A DNA stretch of 20,917 nucleotides from Candidatus Rokuibacteriota bacterium (lineage in GTDB: Bacteria > Methylomirabilota > Methylomirabilia > Rokubacteriales > DASRDR01), in NCBI GenBank assembly GCA_044866005.1, contig JBIOTN010000215.1, positions 1 through 20,917 of the forward strand. Direction: 5' to 3'. Each line of letters begins with the position of its first letter. Position 1 is the stretch's first letter. Made by a program: the position numbers and the translations under genes. A model generated the notes under the pieces. It saw only the letters and a program-made list of their open reading frames with translations. It had not been told where the DNA came from and made no database searches. Below, one piece after another: positions 8,875 to 16,336 of this stretch.

Positions 8875-10080
8875 CTACCGGGAGCCGGGGCGGGGGTAGG
8901 CGTGCTTGCCCGACGCGATCTCGGCTGGCCAGAGCGTCACGTACTTGCCTTCCTGGATTTGCGTCGGGAACGGGTTGAGCGTGCCCTGGCCCGTCTGGGG
9001 ATCGAAGCGGAGCCGGCCGCTGATCGTCTCGATGTCGAGGCTCCTGATCGCGGCGAGGAGCTTCTCGCGGTCGAGCGTCCCGGCCTTCTCCAGCCCCGCC
9101 ACGAGCGCCTCGAAGCCGAAGTAGTGGATGGACGACCAGGGGTAGTCCTCGGCCTTCACGTTGAGCTTCTGGATCAGCTCCTCGAAGGGCTTGGAGTTGC
9201 CCGCCTTGACGCCCGGCATCCAGTACGCCTCCCCGGTGACGAGGTTGGCGTTCCGGATCCCGACCGCCCCGTAGAAGGCGACGCCGTGGTGGATCATGTG
9301 GTACTCGCGCGGGCTCAAGCCCTGTTCCAGCGCCTGCTTGAAGAAGGTCACCTCGCGCGCGGGGAAGGCCGCCATGTACACGATGTCGGGATTGGCGGCC
9401 TTGAGCTTCGTGATGATCGGCGTGAAGTCCTGGGTCGCGACGGGGAAGGACTCCTCCACCTTCACCTCCAGGCCGATCTCCTTCGCCTTCGGGATGGACC
9501 CCGAGCCGACCTCCTTGGGGTGCGGCGTGTCCTCGATGACGAACCCGATCGATTTCGCCTTCCCCTCGGCCTTCAGCATGTCGAAGTAGTGGTGCGACCA
9601 CTTGGTGCCGTCGTCGATCACCCCGACGAGCCACTTGAAGCCGCGCTTGAAGATCCCGGTCGAGTTCGCCTCGAGGGCCAGCATCGGGATCTGGTGCTTC
9701 TCGGCGACGGTGGAGGCGGCGACCGTGATGGGGGAGGAATAGGGGCCCAGCAGGACGTGGACCTTGTCCTCCGTCACGAGCTTCTCGTAGAGACGCACGG
9801 AATCGGGGGGCTTCGAGGTGTCGTCGTAGACGACCATCTTGATCGGCAGGCGCCGGCCGTACTCGCGGAGCATGACGCCGCCCTTCGCGTTGATCGTCTC
9901 GGCCCACAGCTCCATCATCCGCTTGAAGTGGCCGACCTCCGCGGACGCCGGCCCCGTGACGGCGACCGTGGCGCCGACGCGGATCTCGGTCGGCGCCTGC
10001 GCGGCGGCCTGCGGCGCGAGGCCGAGCCACCCGACGAGGAGGAGGACGGTGAGGGACGTGAGGACGCGACCGTAGGTCAT
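8875..10080 (-). CDS. ABC transporter substrate-binding protein, Leu/Ile/Val-binding (type I periplasmic) family
   Basis: Sec signal ending APQAAA-Q; IRVGA...TG, INAKGG, YDD.S.P, LLGPYSS, DFTPIITKLKAANPD; GGAGG RBS. Confidence 0.92.
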   Translation of the reverse strand: MTYGRVLTSLTVLLLVGWLGLAPQAAAQAPTEIRVGATVAVTGPASAEVGHFKRMMELWAETINAKGGVMLREYGRRLPIKMVVYDDTSKPPDSVRLYEKLVTEDKVHVLLGPYSSPITVAASTVAEKHQIPMLALEANSTGIFKRGFKWLVGVIDDGTKWSHHYFDMLKAEGKAKSIGFVIEDTPHPKEVGSGSIPKAKEIGLEVKVEESFPVATQDFTPIITKLKAANPDIVYMAAFPAREVTFFKQALEQGLSPREYHMIHHGVAFYGAVGIRNANLVTGEAYWMPGVKAGNSKPFEELIQKLNVKAEDYPWSSIHYFGFEALVAGLEKAGTLDREKLLAAIRSLDIETISGRLRFDPQTGQGTLNPFPTQIQEGKYVTLWPAEIASGKHAYPRPGSR

Positions 10081-10134
10081 CGAAGCCTCCCGTGGTCGGG
10101 AAGTGGTGGCCGGAACAGCCGAAACGGTGCCCTC

Positions 10135-10164
10135 ACTCTACGGGACCGGGCGGGCGGCGGTCAA
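10135..10164 (-). promoter_or_regulatory. Sigma70-type promoter for the SBP-hyuAB-yceI-livHM operon
   Basis: Minus strand TTGACC-18 nt-TAGAGT, about 55 nt upstream of ATG 10080. Confidence 0.6.
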
Positions 10165-10194
10165 GCGCGCGGCCGGCGGCCCGCGCGCCGGCCA

Positions 10195-11388
10195 TCAGTC
10201 CGGGCGCGGGCCGAGGGCGACGACGCCGGCCGTGGCGAGCCGCGCGATCTCCCCGCGGCCGAGACCGAGCTCCTCGAGGACCTCGGCCGTGTGCTCGCCG
10301 AGCCGGGGCGCCGGGCGGCGGATCGCGGCCGGCGTGGCCGACGCCCTGAAGGGAACGTCGAGCATCCGGACCCGGCCGTAGCCCGGCTGCTTGACCTCCG
10401 TGACCAGCCCGAGGTGGCGGACCTGCGGGTCCGCGAAGACCTCGTCGAACTCGAGGATCGGCCCGGCGGCGATCGCGGCGGCTTCGAAGCGCGCGACCCA
10501 CTCGGCCGTCGAGCCGGTCGCCAGCACGCCCTCCACGCGCGCCTTGAGCTCCCCGTGGTGCGCCAGCCGGTCCGCGTTCGTCGCGAAGCGCGGGTCGGCG
10601 CCGAGCGCGTCGTCGCCGAGGAGTCGGCAGAAGCGGCCCCACTGGTCGGGATTCATGAGGACGACCGCGACGTAGCCGTCGCGTGTTCGATACGCCTCGG
10701 CCGGGGTGAGGTGGGGGTTGCGGTTCCCCTCCCGGCCCGGACGCACCCCGGAGTCGAAGTAGTGCGCCACCGGGTCGGGGAGGAGCGCGAGCGTCGAGGC
10801 GAGAAGGCTCACGTCGAGGTGCTGGCCCACGCCGGTCCGGAACCGGTGGACGAGGGCGGCGCTCACCGCGCCGAAGGCGAGGAACGCCGCGGCGAGGTCC
10901 GCCACGGAGCCACCGGCCCGCGTCGGCGGGTGGCCGGGCATGCCGGTGAGGGCCATGAGGCCGCTCATGCCCTGAGCGATCAGGTTGTAGCCCGGGCGCT
11001 GCGCGTAGGGGCCGGTCTGTCCGAAGCCGGTCACCGAGGCGTAGACGACGCCGGGGTTGACGGCGCGCACGGCGGCGTAGCCCAGCCCGAGCCGGTCCGC
11101 CGCGCCCGGCAGGAAGTTCTCCACGACCACGTCGGCGCGGCGGGCCAGCTCGAAGGCGAGCCGGGCCCCGTCGGGCTGCCGGAGATCCACGGCGATGCCG
11201 CGCTTGTTCCGGTTCACCGCGGCGAAGACGGCGCTCATCCCGTCCCGGCCGCCGACGTGCCGGAGATCGTCGCCCCGGCCCGGCCGCTCCAGCTTGACCA
11301 CGTCCGCGCCGAGGTCCCCGAGGAGCGTCGCGCAGTAGGGGCCGGCGATGACGCGGGAGAGATCGAGAACGCGGATGCCGTCGAACAC
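10195..11388 (-). CDS. CaiB/BaiF (family III) CoA-transferase
   Basis: GTG 11388 gives MFDGIRVLDLSRVIAGPYC..LLGDLGADV.K.E; NRNKR; VVENF.PG; GFGQTGPY; catalytic Asp in SVADL; AP.LGEHT..VL. Confidence 0.92.
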   Translation of the reverse strand: MFDGIRVLDLSRVIAGPYCATLLGDLGADVVKLERPGRGDDLRHVGGRDGMSAVFAAVNRNKRGIAVDLRQPDGARLAFELARRADVVVENFLPGAADRLGLGYAAVRAVNPGVVYASVTGFGQTGPYAQRPGYNLIAQGMSGLMALTGMPGHPPTRAGGSVADLAAAFLAFGAVSAALVHRFRTGVGQHLDVSLLASTLALLPDPVAHYFDSGVRPGREGNRNPHLTPAEAYRTRDGYVAVVLMNPDQWGRFCRLLGDDALGADPRFATNADRLAHHGELKARVEGVLATGSTAEWVARFEAAAIAAGPILEFDEVFADPQVRHLGLVTEVKQPGYGRVRMLDVPFRASATPAAIRRPAPRLGEHTAEVLEELGLGRGEIARLATAGVVALGPRPD

Positions 11389-11390
11389 GG

Positions 11391-11600
11391 TCAGTCGCGC
11401 TCGAGGAAGCCGTCCGTCGGGGCGCCCACTTCGGGGATCCCGGCCCGCGCGATCGCGTCGATGCGCGCCTTGACCGCGCCCGGGACGACGCGGTGCACGA
11501 GCCCCAGGGCCTGGGCCTCGGCCGCCGAGTATCGCCGGCCTTCCAGGATGATCTCCTTCGCCCGCGCGGGGCCGACCAGCCGGACGAGCCGCGTGGTCGT
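11391..11600 (-). pseudogene. Enoyl-CoA hydratase/crotonase remnant (C-terminal fragment only)
   Basis: Manual translation TTTRLVRLVGPARAKEIILEGRRYSAAEAQALGLVHRVVPGAVKARIDAIARAGIPEVGAPTDGFLERD*; no ATG/GTG/TTG between the upstream in-frame TGA (about 11682) and the fragment. Confidence 0.7.
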
Positions 11601-11656
11601 GTGTCCTCCGGTCGATGGCTCGGGTCGCTGACGTGCGGTGGCCCGAGGGTGCGGCG

Positions 11657-11685
11657 AGCTTAGCCCGCCCCAGCGGAGCCGTCAA
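11657..11685 (-). promoter_or_regulatory. Sigma70-type promoter for the crotonase remnant and CoA-transferase
   Basis: Minus strand TTGACG-17 nt-TAAGCT, followed by GGAGG at 11609-11605. Confidence 0.65.
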
Positions 11686-11807
11686 CGTCGCGTCGGCGCG
11701 GCGCGTCGGCGCGGGGCCGAGAGCGCAGTTCGACACGCCGGATCTTCCCCGTCTCCCTGCAGCTCGCCCGACGCGAGAGCGGCGGACACCCGCGCCCTCC
11801 CGCGCGA

Positions 11808-11866
11808 GGCGGCTTCGCCGCCGCAACGGTGGGGGGAAGCCGGGGGGGTCTTCCGAGACCCCCCCG
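11808..11866. repeat. Multi-hairpin REP-like element / possible terminator after the small CxxC gene
   Basis: GGCGGC-TTC-GCCGCC (11808-11822) and CGGGGGGGTC-TTCCGA-GACCCCCCCG (11841-11866). Confidence 0.55.
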
Positions 11867-11876
11867 AAGATCCGGG

Positions 11877-12098
11877 CTAGGCGGCGGCTTTCTTGAGTCC
11901 CGGCTCCCGCTCCAGATGGTCCTTCATGTGACCGAGGATCCGCTGGAGCTGCTCTTCGTCGGCCTGCTTCATGTGGCTCCAGATCTGCTGGCACTGCGCG
12001 CAGTCCTTCCCGTCCTTCTGGAAGGTGTCGTAGCGGTGCAGGCCCTTCGAGATGACCGACGCGGTCTCCATGAGGTTGTACGTCGCATCCTTCAGCAT
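11877..12098 (-). CDS. Small helical protein with CxxC, ferritin-like half-bundle pattern (73 aa)
   Basis: GGAGG RBS then ATG 12098: MLKDATYNLMETASVISKGLHRYDTFQKDGKDCAQCQQIWSHMKQADEEQLQRILGHMKDHL...; K/Q/D-rich composition unlike shadow ORFs. Confidence 0.8.
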   Translation of the reverse strand: MLKDATYNLMETASVISKGLHRYDTFQKDGKDCAQCQQIWSHMKQADEEQLQRILGHMKDHLEREPGLKKAAA

Positions 12099-12144
12099 GC
12101 TCGCCTCCATTCCGTCGCGACTCTCACGATCGGGGCTCACGTCT

Positions 12145-12161
12145 TGCAATCCAACGGCCGG
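12145..12161 (-). promoter_or_regulatory. Candidate sigma54 -24/-12 promoter for the small CxxC protein
   Basis: Minus strand CCGGCCGTTGGATTGCA = GG-N10-GC with TTGCA, about 47 nt upstream of ATG 12098. Confidence 0.4.
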
Positions 12162-12198
12162 CCTTGCCGCGGACGTCCGGCCGCCGACGGCCCGGCAG

Positions 12199-12227
12199 TT
12201 GACAATCGCCGGGGCCTGCCCAAGGAT
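12199..12227 (+). promoter_or_regulatory. Candidate sigma70 promoter for the SDR gene
   Basis: TTGACA (12199-12204)-17 nt-AAGGAT; perfect -35, imperfect -10. Confidence 0.35.
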
Positions 12228-12250
12228 GAACCGCGGGGAAGGAGCTGGCG

Positions 12251-13006
12251 ATGCCGAGCGGCGTGGCCATCGTGACCGGCGCCTCGCGCGGGATCGGCCG
12301 CGCGATCGCGGCGACCCTCGCGGAGGCGGGCTTCCGCGTCGTCGTGAACTACCGCGAGCGCGAGCGGGACGCGCGGGCGCTCGTCGAGAAGATCGCCGGG
12401 GGCGGGGGCCAGGCCCGGGCCGTGCGGGCGGACGTCGGCGTCCCCGCCGATGCCGCCGCCCTGGCGCGCGCGGCGCTCGACGCGTTCGGGCAGGTGGACG
12501 TCCTCGTCAACAACGCCGGGATCAGCCTCCCGGGCGTGCCGCTCGCCGACGTGCCGGCCGCCGAGTGGGAGCGGATGCTCCAGGTGAACCTGAGCGCGCC
12601 GTTCTACCTGATCCAGACTCTCCTCCCCCACATGCGGCGCCGTGGGACCGGGCACATCATCAACCTCTCCTCCAACGTCACGCAGCGCTTCCCGGCGGGC
12701 TCCGGCGCCTACACCGTCTCGAAGTGCGGCCTGGAGGCCCTGACCCGCATCCTCGCGAAGGAGGAAGGCCCGCACGGGATCCGCGTGAACGCCGTGGCGC
12801 CCGGCCCGATCGCGACGGACATGCTCGAGGCCTCGCTCGCCGCCAAGGGACCGGAGCGGGCCGCGGCGTTCATCGAGTCGGTGCCGCTGCGGCGGAAGGG
12901 GCGGCCCGAGGAGATCGCCGCGGTCGTCCGCTTCCTGACCTCGGACGAGGCCAGCTACCTCACGGGCCAGGTGATCTACGTGAACGGCGGCGGCCCCGCG
13001 GGCTGA
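12251..13006 (+). CDS. Short-chain dehydrogenase/reductase (FabG-like, classical SDR)
   Basis: TGASRGIG, NNAG, NLSS, YTVSK, RVNAVAPG, TGQVIYVNGG; AGGAG RBS. Confidence 0.93.
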   Translation: MPSGVAIVTGASRGIGRAIAATLAEAGFRVVVNYRERERDARALVEKIAGGGGQARAVRADVGVPADAAALARAALDAFGQVDVLVNNAGISLPGVPLADVPAAEWERMLQVNLSAPFYLIQTLLPHMRRRGTGHIINLSSNVTQRFPAGSGAYTVSKCGLEALTRILAKEEGPHGIRVNAVAPGPIATDMLEASLAAKGPERAAAFIESVPLRRKGRPEEIAAVVRFLTSDEASYLTGQVIYVNGGGPAG

Positions 13007-14519
13007 TGGCCTGGAGCGCCCGGCGCTCGACGTCGGGCTCCCCTGCGGGCGGCTCGTAGACCCGCCGCTGCGCGTCGAGCAGCTCCACGCGCGCATCCGA
13101 GAGGTCGCGCCCCCCGCGTGCCCGGGCCCGGAGGCGGCGCCTCAGCTCGCTCACGGGCGCGTCGCACCAGACGATCCGGAAGGGCACGCCGCGGCGCCGG
13201 GCGAGGGCGCGGGCCGCGGCGCGCTCGGCGCGGCGGCCGAAGACGCCGTCCAGGACCACCGGCCACCCCGCCGCGAGCAGTCGCTCGCCGATCCGTCGGC
13301 ACGCCGCGTAGGTGCGCGCGGTCAGCTCGGGCCCGTAGAGTCCCCGGCCGAACGCCGCGCGGACGCGGCGATGGCGCGGGATGCCGGCGAGCTGCTTCCG
13401 GACCGCGTCCGTCCGCACGACGATCGCGCCCGTCGCGCGGGCGAGACGGCGCGCCACCGTCGTCTTGCCGCTCCCCATGAGCCCCGTCATGACGGTCAGC
13501 CGGCCCCGGCCGCGCGGCCGCGCGTAGCGGCCGGCGAGCTCGAAGTAGCGGCGCGCGCGCGCGGCCGCCGCCGCGGCGTCGGGCCGCCGGGGATCCCCGG
13601 CCTGCATCCCGTAGACCTTGCCCCGGACGTAGGCGCGGTACGCGCGGTAGAAGTCCAGGAGCGGGACCGCGGCGTAGTCGCCGCTGGCGTCGAGGTAGGC
13701 GTTGAGGAAGTCGATGGCCAGGTCGCGGCGGCCGCTCTCTTCGAGGTCCATCGCGAGGAACGCGATCTCGGACGCGGTGTCGCCGTACCGGAAGCGCCGG
13801 TTGAACTCGATGCAGTCGAAGATGCGGATGGGATCGGTGCAGCAGACGTGTTGCGCCTGGAGGTCGCCGTGGCAGTCGCGGACGCGGCCCTGGCGGACGC
13901 GCGCGACGAGCGGCGCGGCCTCCTGCCGGAGGAACCGGCGGACATAGTCCCGGATGGTCCGCCGGAGCCGGCGAGGGAGCGTCCCCGCGGGAAACCGCCG
14001 CGTCTGGGCGAAGTTCTCGTCCCAGTTCCGGCGGATCACCGCGGGCCGCCCGTAGCGGTCGATGGCCGGCCGGCGGGCGGCGCGGGCATGGAAGTCGGCC
14101 ACGACGTGCCCGATGGCCTCGAGGAGCGCCGGGTCGGCCGCGCCTCGGGCGACGAGCCGGTCGAGCATGCGCGACGCCGGCAGCCGTCGCATCGCGACCG
14201 CGACCTCGGCGGTCCGCCCCGCACCCCCGATCCGGTACCGGCCGCCGTCCCGCTTGATCTCGACGACCCCGAGGTACGTGTCCGGCGCCAGGCGCCGGTT
14301 CAGGCGGACTTCCTCTTCGCAGAAGTGTCGGCGCCGACGCAGCGTGCGGAAATCGAGGAAGCCGAGGTCGACCGGCTTCTTCACCTTGTAGACGTACGCG
14401 CCCGCCAGGAAGACCCAGGAGATGTGGGTTTCGATGACCCTGACCGTCCGGGGCCGGTGCGGGTAGGGCGCGGGGTGCTCGAGGGCCCGGACCGCCGGCG
14501 GGGCATCCCGCACGGTCAT
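12960..14519 (-). CDS. Bifunctional aminoglycoside-phosphotransferase-like / P-loop (AAA_33, gluconate-kinase-like) protein
   Basis: ATG 14519; ETHISWVFL, YKVKKPVD.GFLDF, E.RLNRRLAP..Y, DCHGDL, FDCIEFN; C-terminal Walker A GLMGSGKTT, RTD.VRK, SDA. Confidence 0.9.
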   Translation of the reverse strand: MTVRDAPPAVRALEHPAPYPHRPRTVRVIETHISWVFLAGAYVYKVKKPVDLGFLDFRTLRRRRHFCEEEVRLNRRLAPDTYLGVVEIKRDGGRYRIGGAGRTAEVAVAMRRLPASRMLDRLVARGAADPALLEAIGHVVADFHARAARRPAIDRYGRPAVIRRNWDENFAQTRRFPAGTLPRRLRRTIRDYVRRFLRQEAAPLVARVRQGRVRDCHGDLQAQHVCCTDPIRIFDCIEFNRRFRYGDTASEIAFLAMDLEESGRRDLAIDFLNAYLDASGDYAAVPLLDFYRAYRAYVRGKVYGMQAGDPRRPDAAAAAARARRYFELAGRYARPRGRGRLTVMTGLMGSGKTTVARRLARATGAIVVRTDAVRKQLAGIPRHRRVRAAFGRGLYGPELTARTYAACRRIGERLLAAGWPVVLDGVFGRRAERAAARALARRRGVPFRIVWCDAPVSELRRRLRARARGGRDLSDARVELLDAQRRVYEPPAGEPDVERRALQAISPRGRRRSRRSPGP

Positions 14520-14610
14520 CGCGCCGCCGCCCGCGCCGGGGGGCGGGGGACTCCGACGTGGCGGCCGCTTTTCCCCGTCTTTCCGTCCAGTTCCGTTGCT
14601 CCCGCATTTG

Positions 14611-14642
14611 TTGACAAGTGCGGTCCCGGAGGGGTAAGGATA
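14611..14642. promoter_or_regulatory. Divergent promoter region between the kinase and the membrane protein
   Basis: TTGACA at 14611-14616 on +, followed 18 nt later by TAAGGA; TATCCT on - at 14642-14637. Confidence 0.35.
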
Positions 14643-14717
14643 GGGCCGCCTCGGAGGTCGGGTCGGCGCCGGGGCGTGGACCGGGGCGGCGCAGCGCGGG
14701 CGGCCTCGGGTCGGCCG

Positions 14718-15020
14718 ATGGGATGGGTCAGCCGGCTGGATGCGCGGAAGGAGGAGTGGGTGCTGGTACTCCTCTTGATCGTGGTGCTGATCGCCTTCGT
14801 CGCCTCGCTGCTTCCCATCCTCTACCCCGGGACGATCGTCAGCATGCTCGGCACCCCGCTGAACGTTCTGCTGGGCGAGTTGCTCGGCCACACGCTGAAG
14901 GTCGGGAAGGGCTCGCTCGTGACGATGGCGCAGGGCGCGTACACGCTCACGCCCGAAGGCGTGCTCGCCATCTACGTGCCGGTCCTCGTGGTGATCCTGC
15001 TGGTCATGCGCGGCCGCTGA
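14718..15020 (+). CDS. Hypothetical small membrane protein (100 aa)
   Basis: ATG 14718; hydrophobic segments WVLVLLLIVVLIAFVASLLPILY and GVLAIYVPVLVVILLVM; GC3-biased codons; fills the gap between two clear genes. Confidence 0.7.
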   Translation: MGWVSRLDARKEEWVLVLLLIVVLIAFVASLLPILYPGTIVSMLGTPLNVLLGELLGHTLKVGKGSLVTMAQGAYTLTPEGVLAIYVPVLVVILLVMRGR

Positions 15021-15028
15021 GACGCCGT

Positions 15029-15103
15029 CCCGCTCCGGCTCCCATCGGGAGCGGGAGCGGGCATGCGGGTGGGGGAGGGGCGGGGTCGGCGCCCTCCCCT
15101 ACC
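15029..15103. terminator. Tandem GC hairpins between convergent genes
   Basis: CCCGCTCCgGCTCCC-ATC-GGGAGCgGGAGCGGG (15029-15061) and GGTGGGGGAGGG...CCCTCCCCTACC (15068-15103); no U-tract. Confidence 0.45.
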
Positions 15104-15105
15104 TC

Positions 15106-15504
15106 CTACTCCACCACCGCGATCCCGTCGATCTCGATCAGCGCGTCCGCATCCCAGAGGGCCTTCACCTCGACCAGCGTCGCCGCGGGATAGTGTCCGC
15201 CGAGCAGCTCGCGATAGACCGCGCCGATGGGCGCGAGCTTCGCGCGGTAGTCGTCCTTGTGCAACACGTAGAAGGTCACCTTGACCAGATCCCGGAGCGT
15301 TCCCCCCCGGGCCTCGATGACCGCGCCGAGGTTCGCCAGCGCCTGACGGAACTGCGCGACGAGGTCGCCCGTGCCGACGATGCGCCCCTCCCGGTCCAGG
15401 GCGGTCTGCCCCGCGAGGAAGAGCAGCCGGCCCCGGGCCTCGATGCCGTGAGAGAAGCCGGACGGCTTGGCCAGGCCGGGCGGGTTCACGATCGTCTTTC
15501 CCAT
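15106..15504 (-). CDS. RidA/YjgF/UK114 superfamily protein
   Basis: NP..L..P.GFSHG, LFLAGQ, Q..QAL.NL, YPA.TLVEV..L, IEIDGIA. Confidence 0.9.
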   Translation of the reverse strand: MGKTIVNPPGLAKPSGFSHGIEARGRLLFLAGQTALDREGRIVGTGDLVAQFRQALANLGAVIEARGGTLRDLVKVTFYVLHKDDYRAKLAPIGAVYRELLGGHYPAATLVEVKALWDADALIEIDGIAVVE

Positions 15505-15520
15505 GGAGGCTCCTGCCGCG

Positions 15521-16318
15521 TCAGTGGCCGGTGAACCGGGGCGGGCGCTTCTCGGTGAACGCGCGATAGAACTCCCGGTGATCCCCCGCCATGAGCATGA
15601 GCGCCTGGGCCTGCGCCTCGGCCTCGATCCCGGCGAGCAGGTCCATGCCCCACTCGTTGTTCAGCATCCGCTTCGTCAGGCCGAGCGCCTGGCCGGCTCC
15701 CTCGCCGAGGCGTCGCGCCAGCGCCTCCGCCTCCTCGGCCAGCCGGTCGGCCGGGACGACACGGCAGGCGAGGCCGTAGCGCTCGGCCGTCACGGCGTCG
15801 ATCGTGTCGCCGAGCATGAGGAGCTCCGTGGCCCGGCCGAATCCCACCACCCGGGGGAGCAGGAGCGCGGCCCCCATGTCGGCGCCGGCCAGCCCGACCT
15901 TGGTGAAGAGGAACGCGAAGCGCGCGGTGTCGGCCAGGAGCCGGAAGTCGGCCGCGAGCGCCAGCACCGCTCCCGCCCCCGCCGCGATCCCGTTGACGGC
16001 CGCGATCACCGGCTTCTCGAGGAGCCGGAGGTTCCGCACCACCGCGCCGGTCATGCGCGTGAACTCGAGCATGCCCTTCACGTCGCGCTGCTGAAGCTCG
16101 CCGATGATCTCGTGGACGTCGCCGCCCGAGCAGAACGCCGTGCCCGTCCCGGTGAGGACCAGCACGCGCACGGCCTCGTCCGTCTGGCAGGCCCAGGCCA
16201 GGCGCTCGAGCTCGGCGTAGACCTCGAAGGTGAGGGAGTTGAGCGTCCGTGGGCGCGTGAAGGTGACCGTGCCCACGCCGTCCCGGACCTGGTAGTCGAA
16301 CGCGCTGTAGGCGGACAC
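15521..16318 (-). CDS. Enoyl-CoA hydratase/isomerase (crotonase) family protein, abm-cluster type
   Basis: RP..LNSLTF, AFCSGGDVHEIIG, KPVIAAVNG.AAGAGA, FLFTKVGLAGADMGA, AF.EKR.P.F.G. Confidence 0.92.
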   Translation of the reverse strand: MSAYSAFDYQVRDGVGTVTFTRPRTLNSLTFEVYAELERLAWACQTDEAVRVLVLTGTGTAFCSGGDVHEIIGELQQRDVKGMLEFTRMTGAVVRNLRLLEKPVIAAVNGIAAGAGAVLALAADFRLLADTARFAFLFTKVGLAGADMGAALLLPRVVGFGRATELLMLGDTIDAVTAERYGLACRVVPADRLAEEAEALARRLGEGAGQALGLTKRMLNNEWGMDLLAGIEAEAQAQALMLMAGDHREFYRAFTEKRPPRFTGH

Positions 16319-16336
16319 CGCCTCACCCGCCCGGGC

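Noticed and set aside
8503..11631. 1042-aa plus-strand ORF
   Set aside because: Antisense shadow of the SBP and CoA-transferase genes; no motifs; stop-poor because of high GC
11389..11994. 200-aa N-terminal extension of the CoA-transferase in the ORF track
   Set aside because: Crosses the crotonase remnant, a promoter, hairpins and another gene; family homology begins at GTG 11388
12960..14519. Aminoglycoside resistance gene
   Set aside because: The APH-like fold is a family label only; the two-domain form is not a known resistance enzyme and there is no mobile context
14520..14891. N-terminal extension of the kinase fusion
   Set aside because: Overlaps the divergent promoter region and is antisense to the membrane protein; homology starts near ATG 14519
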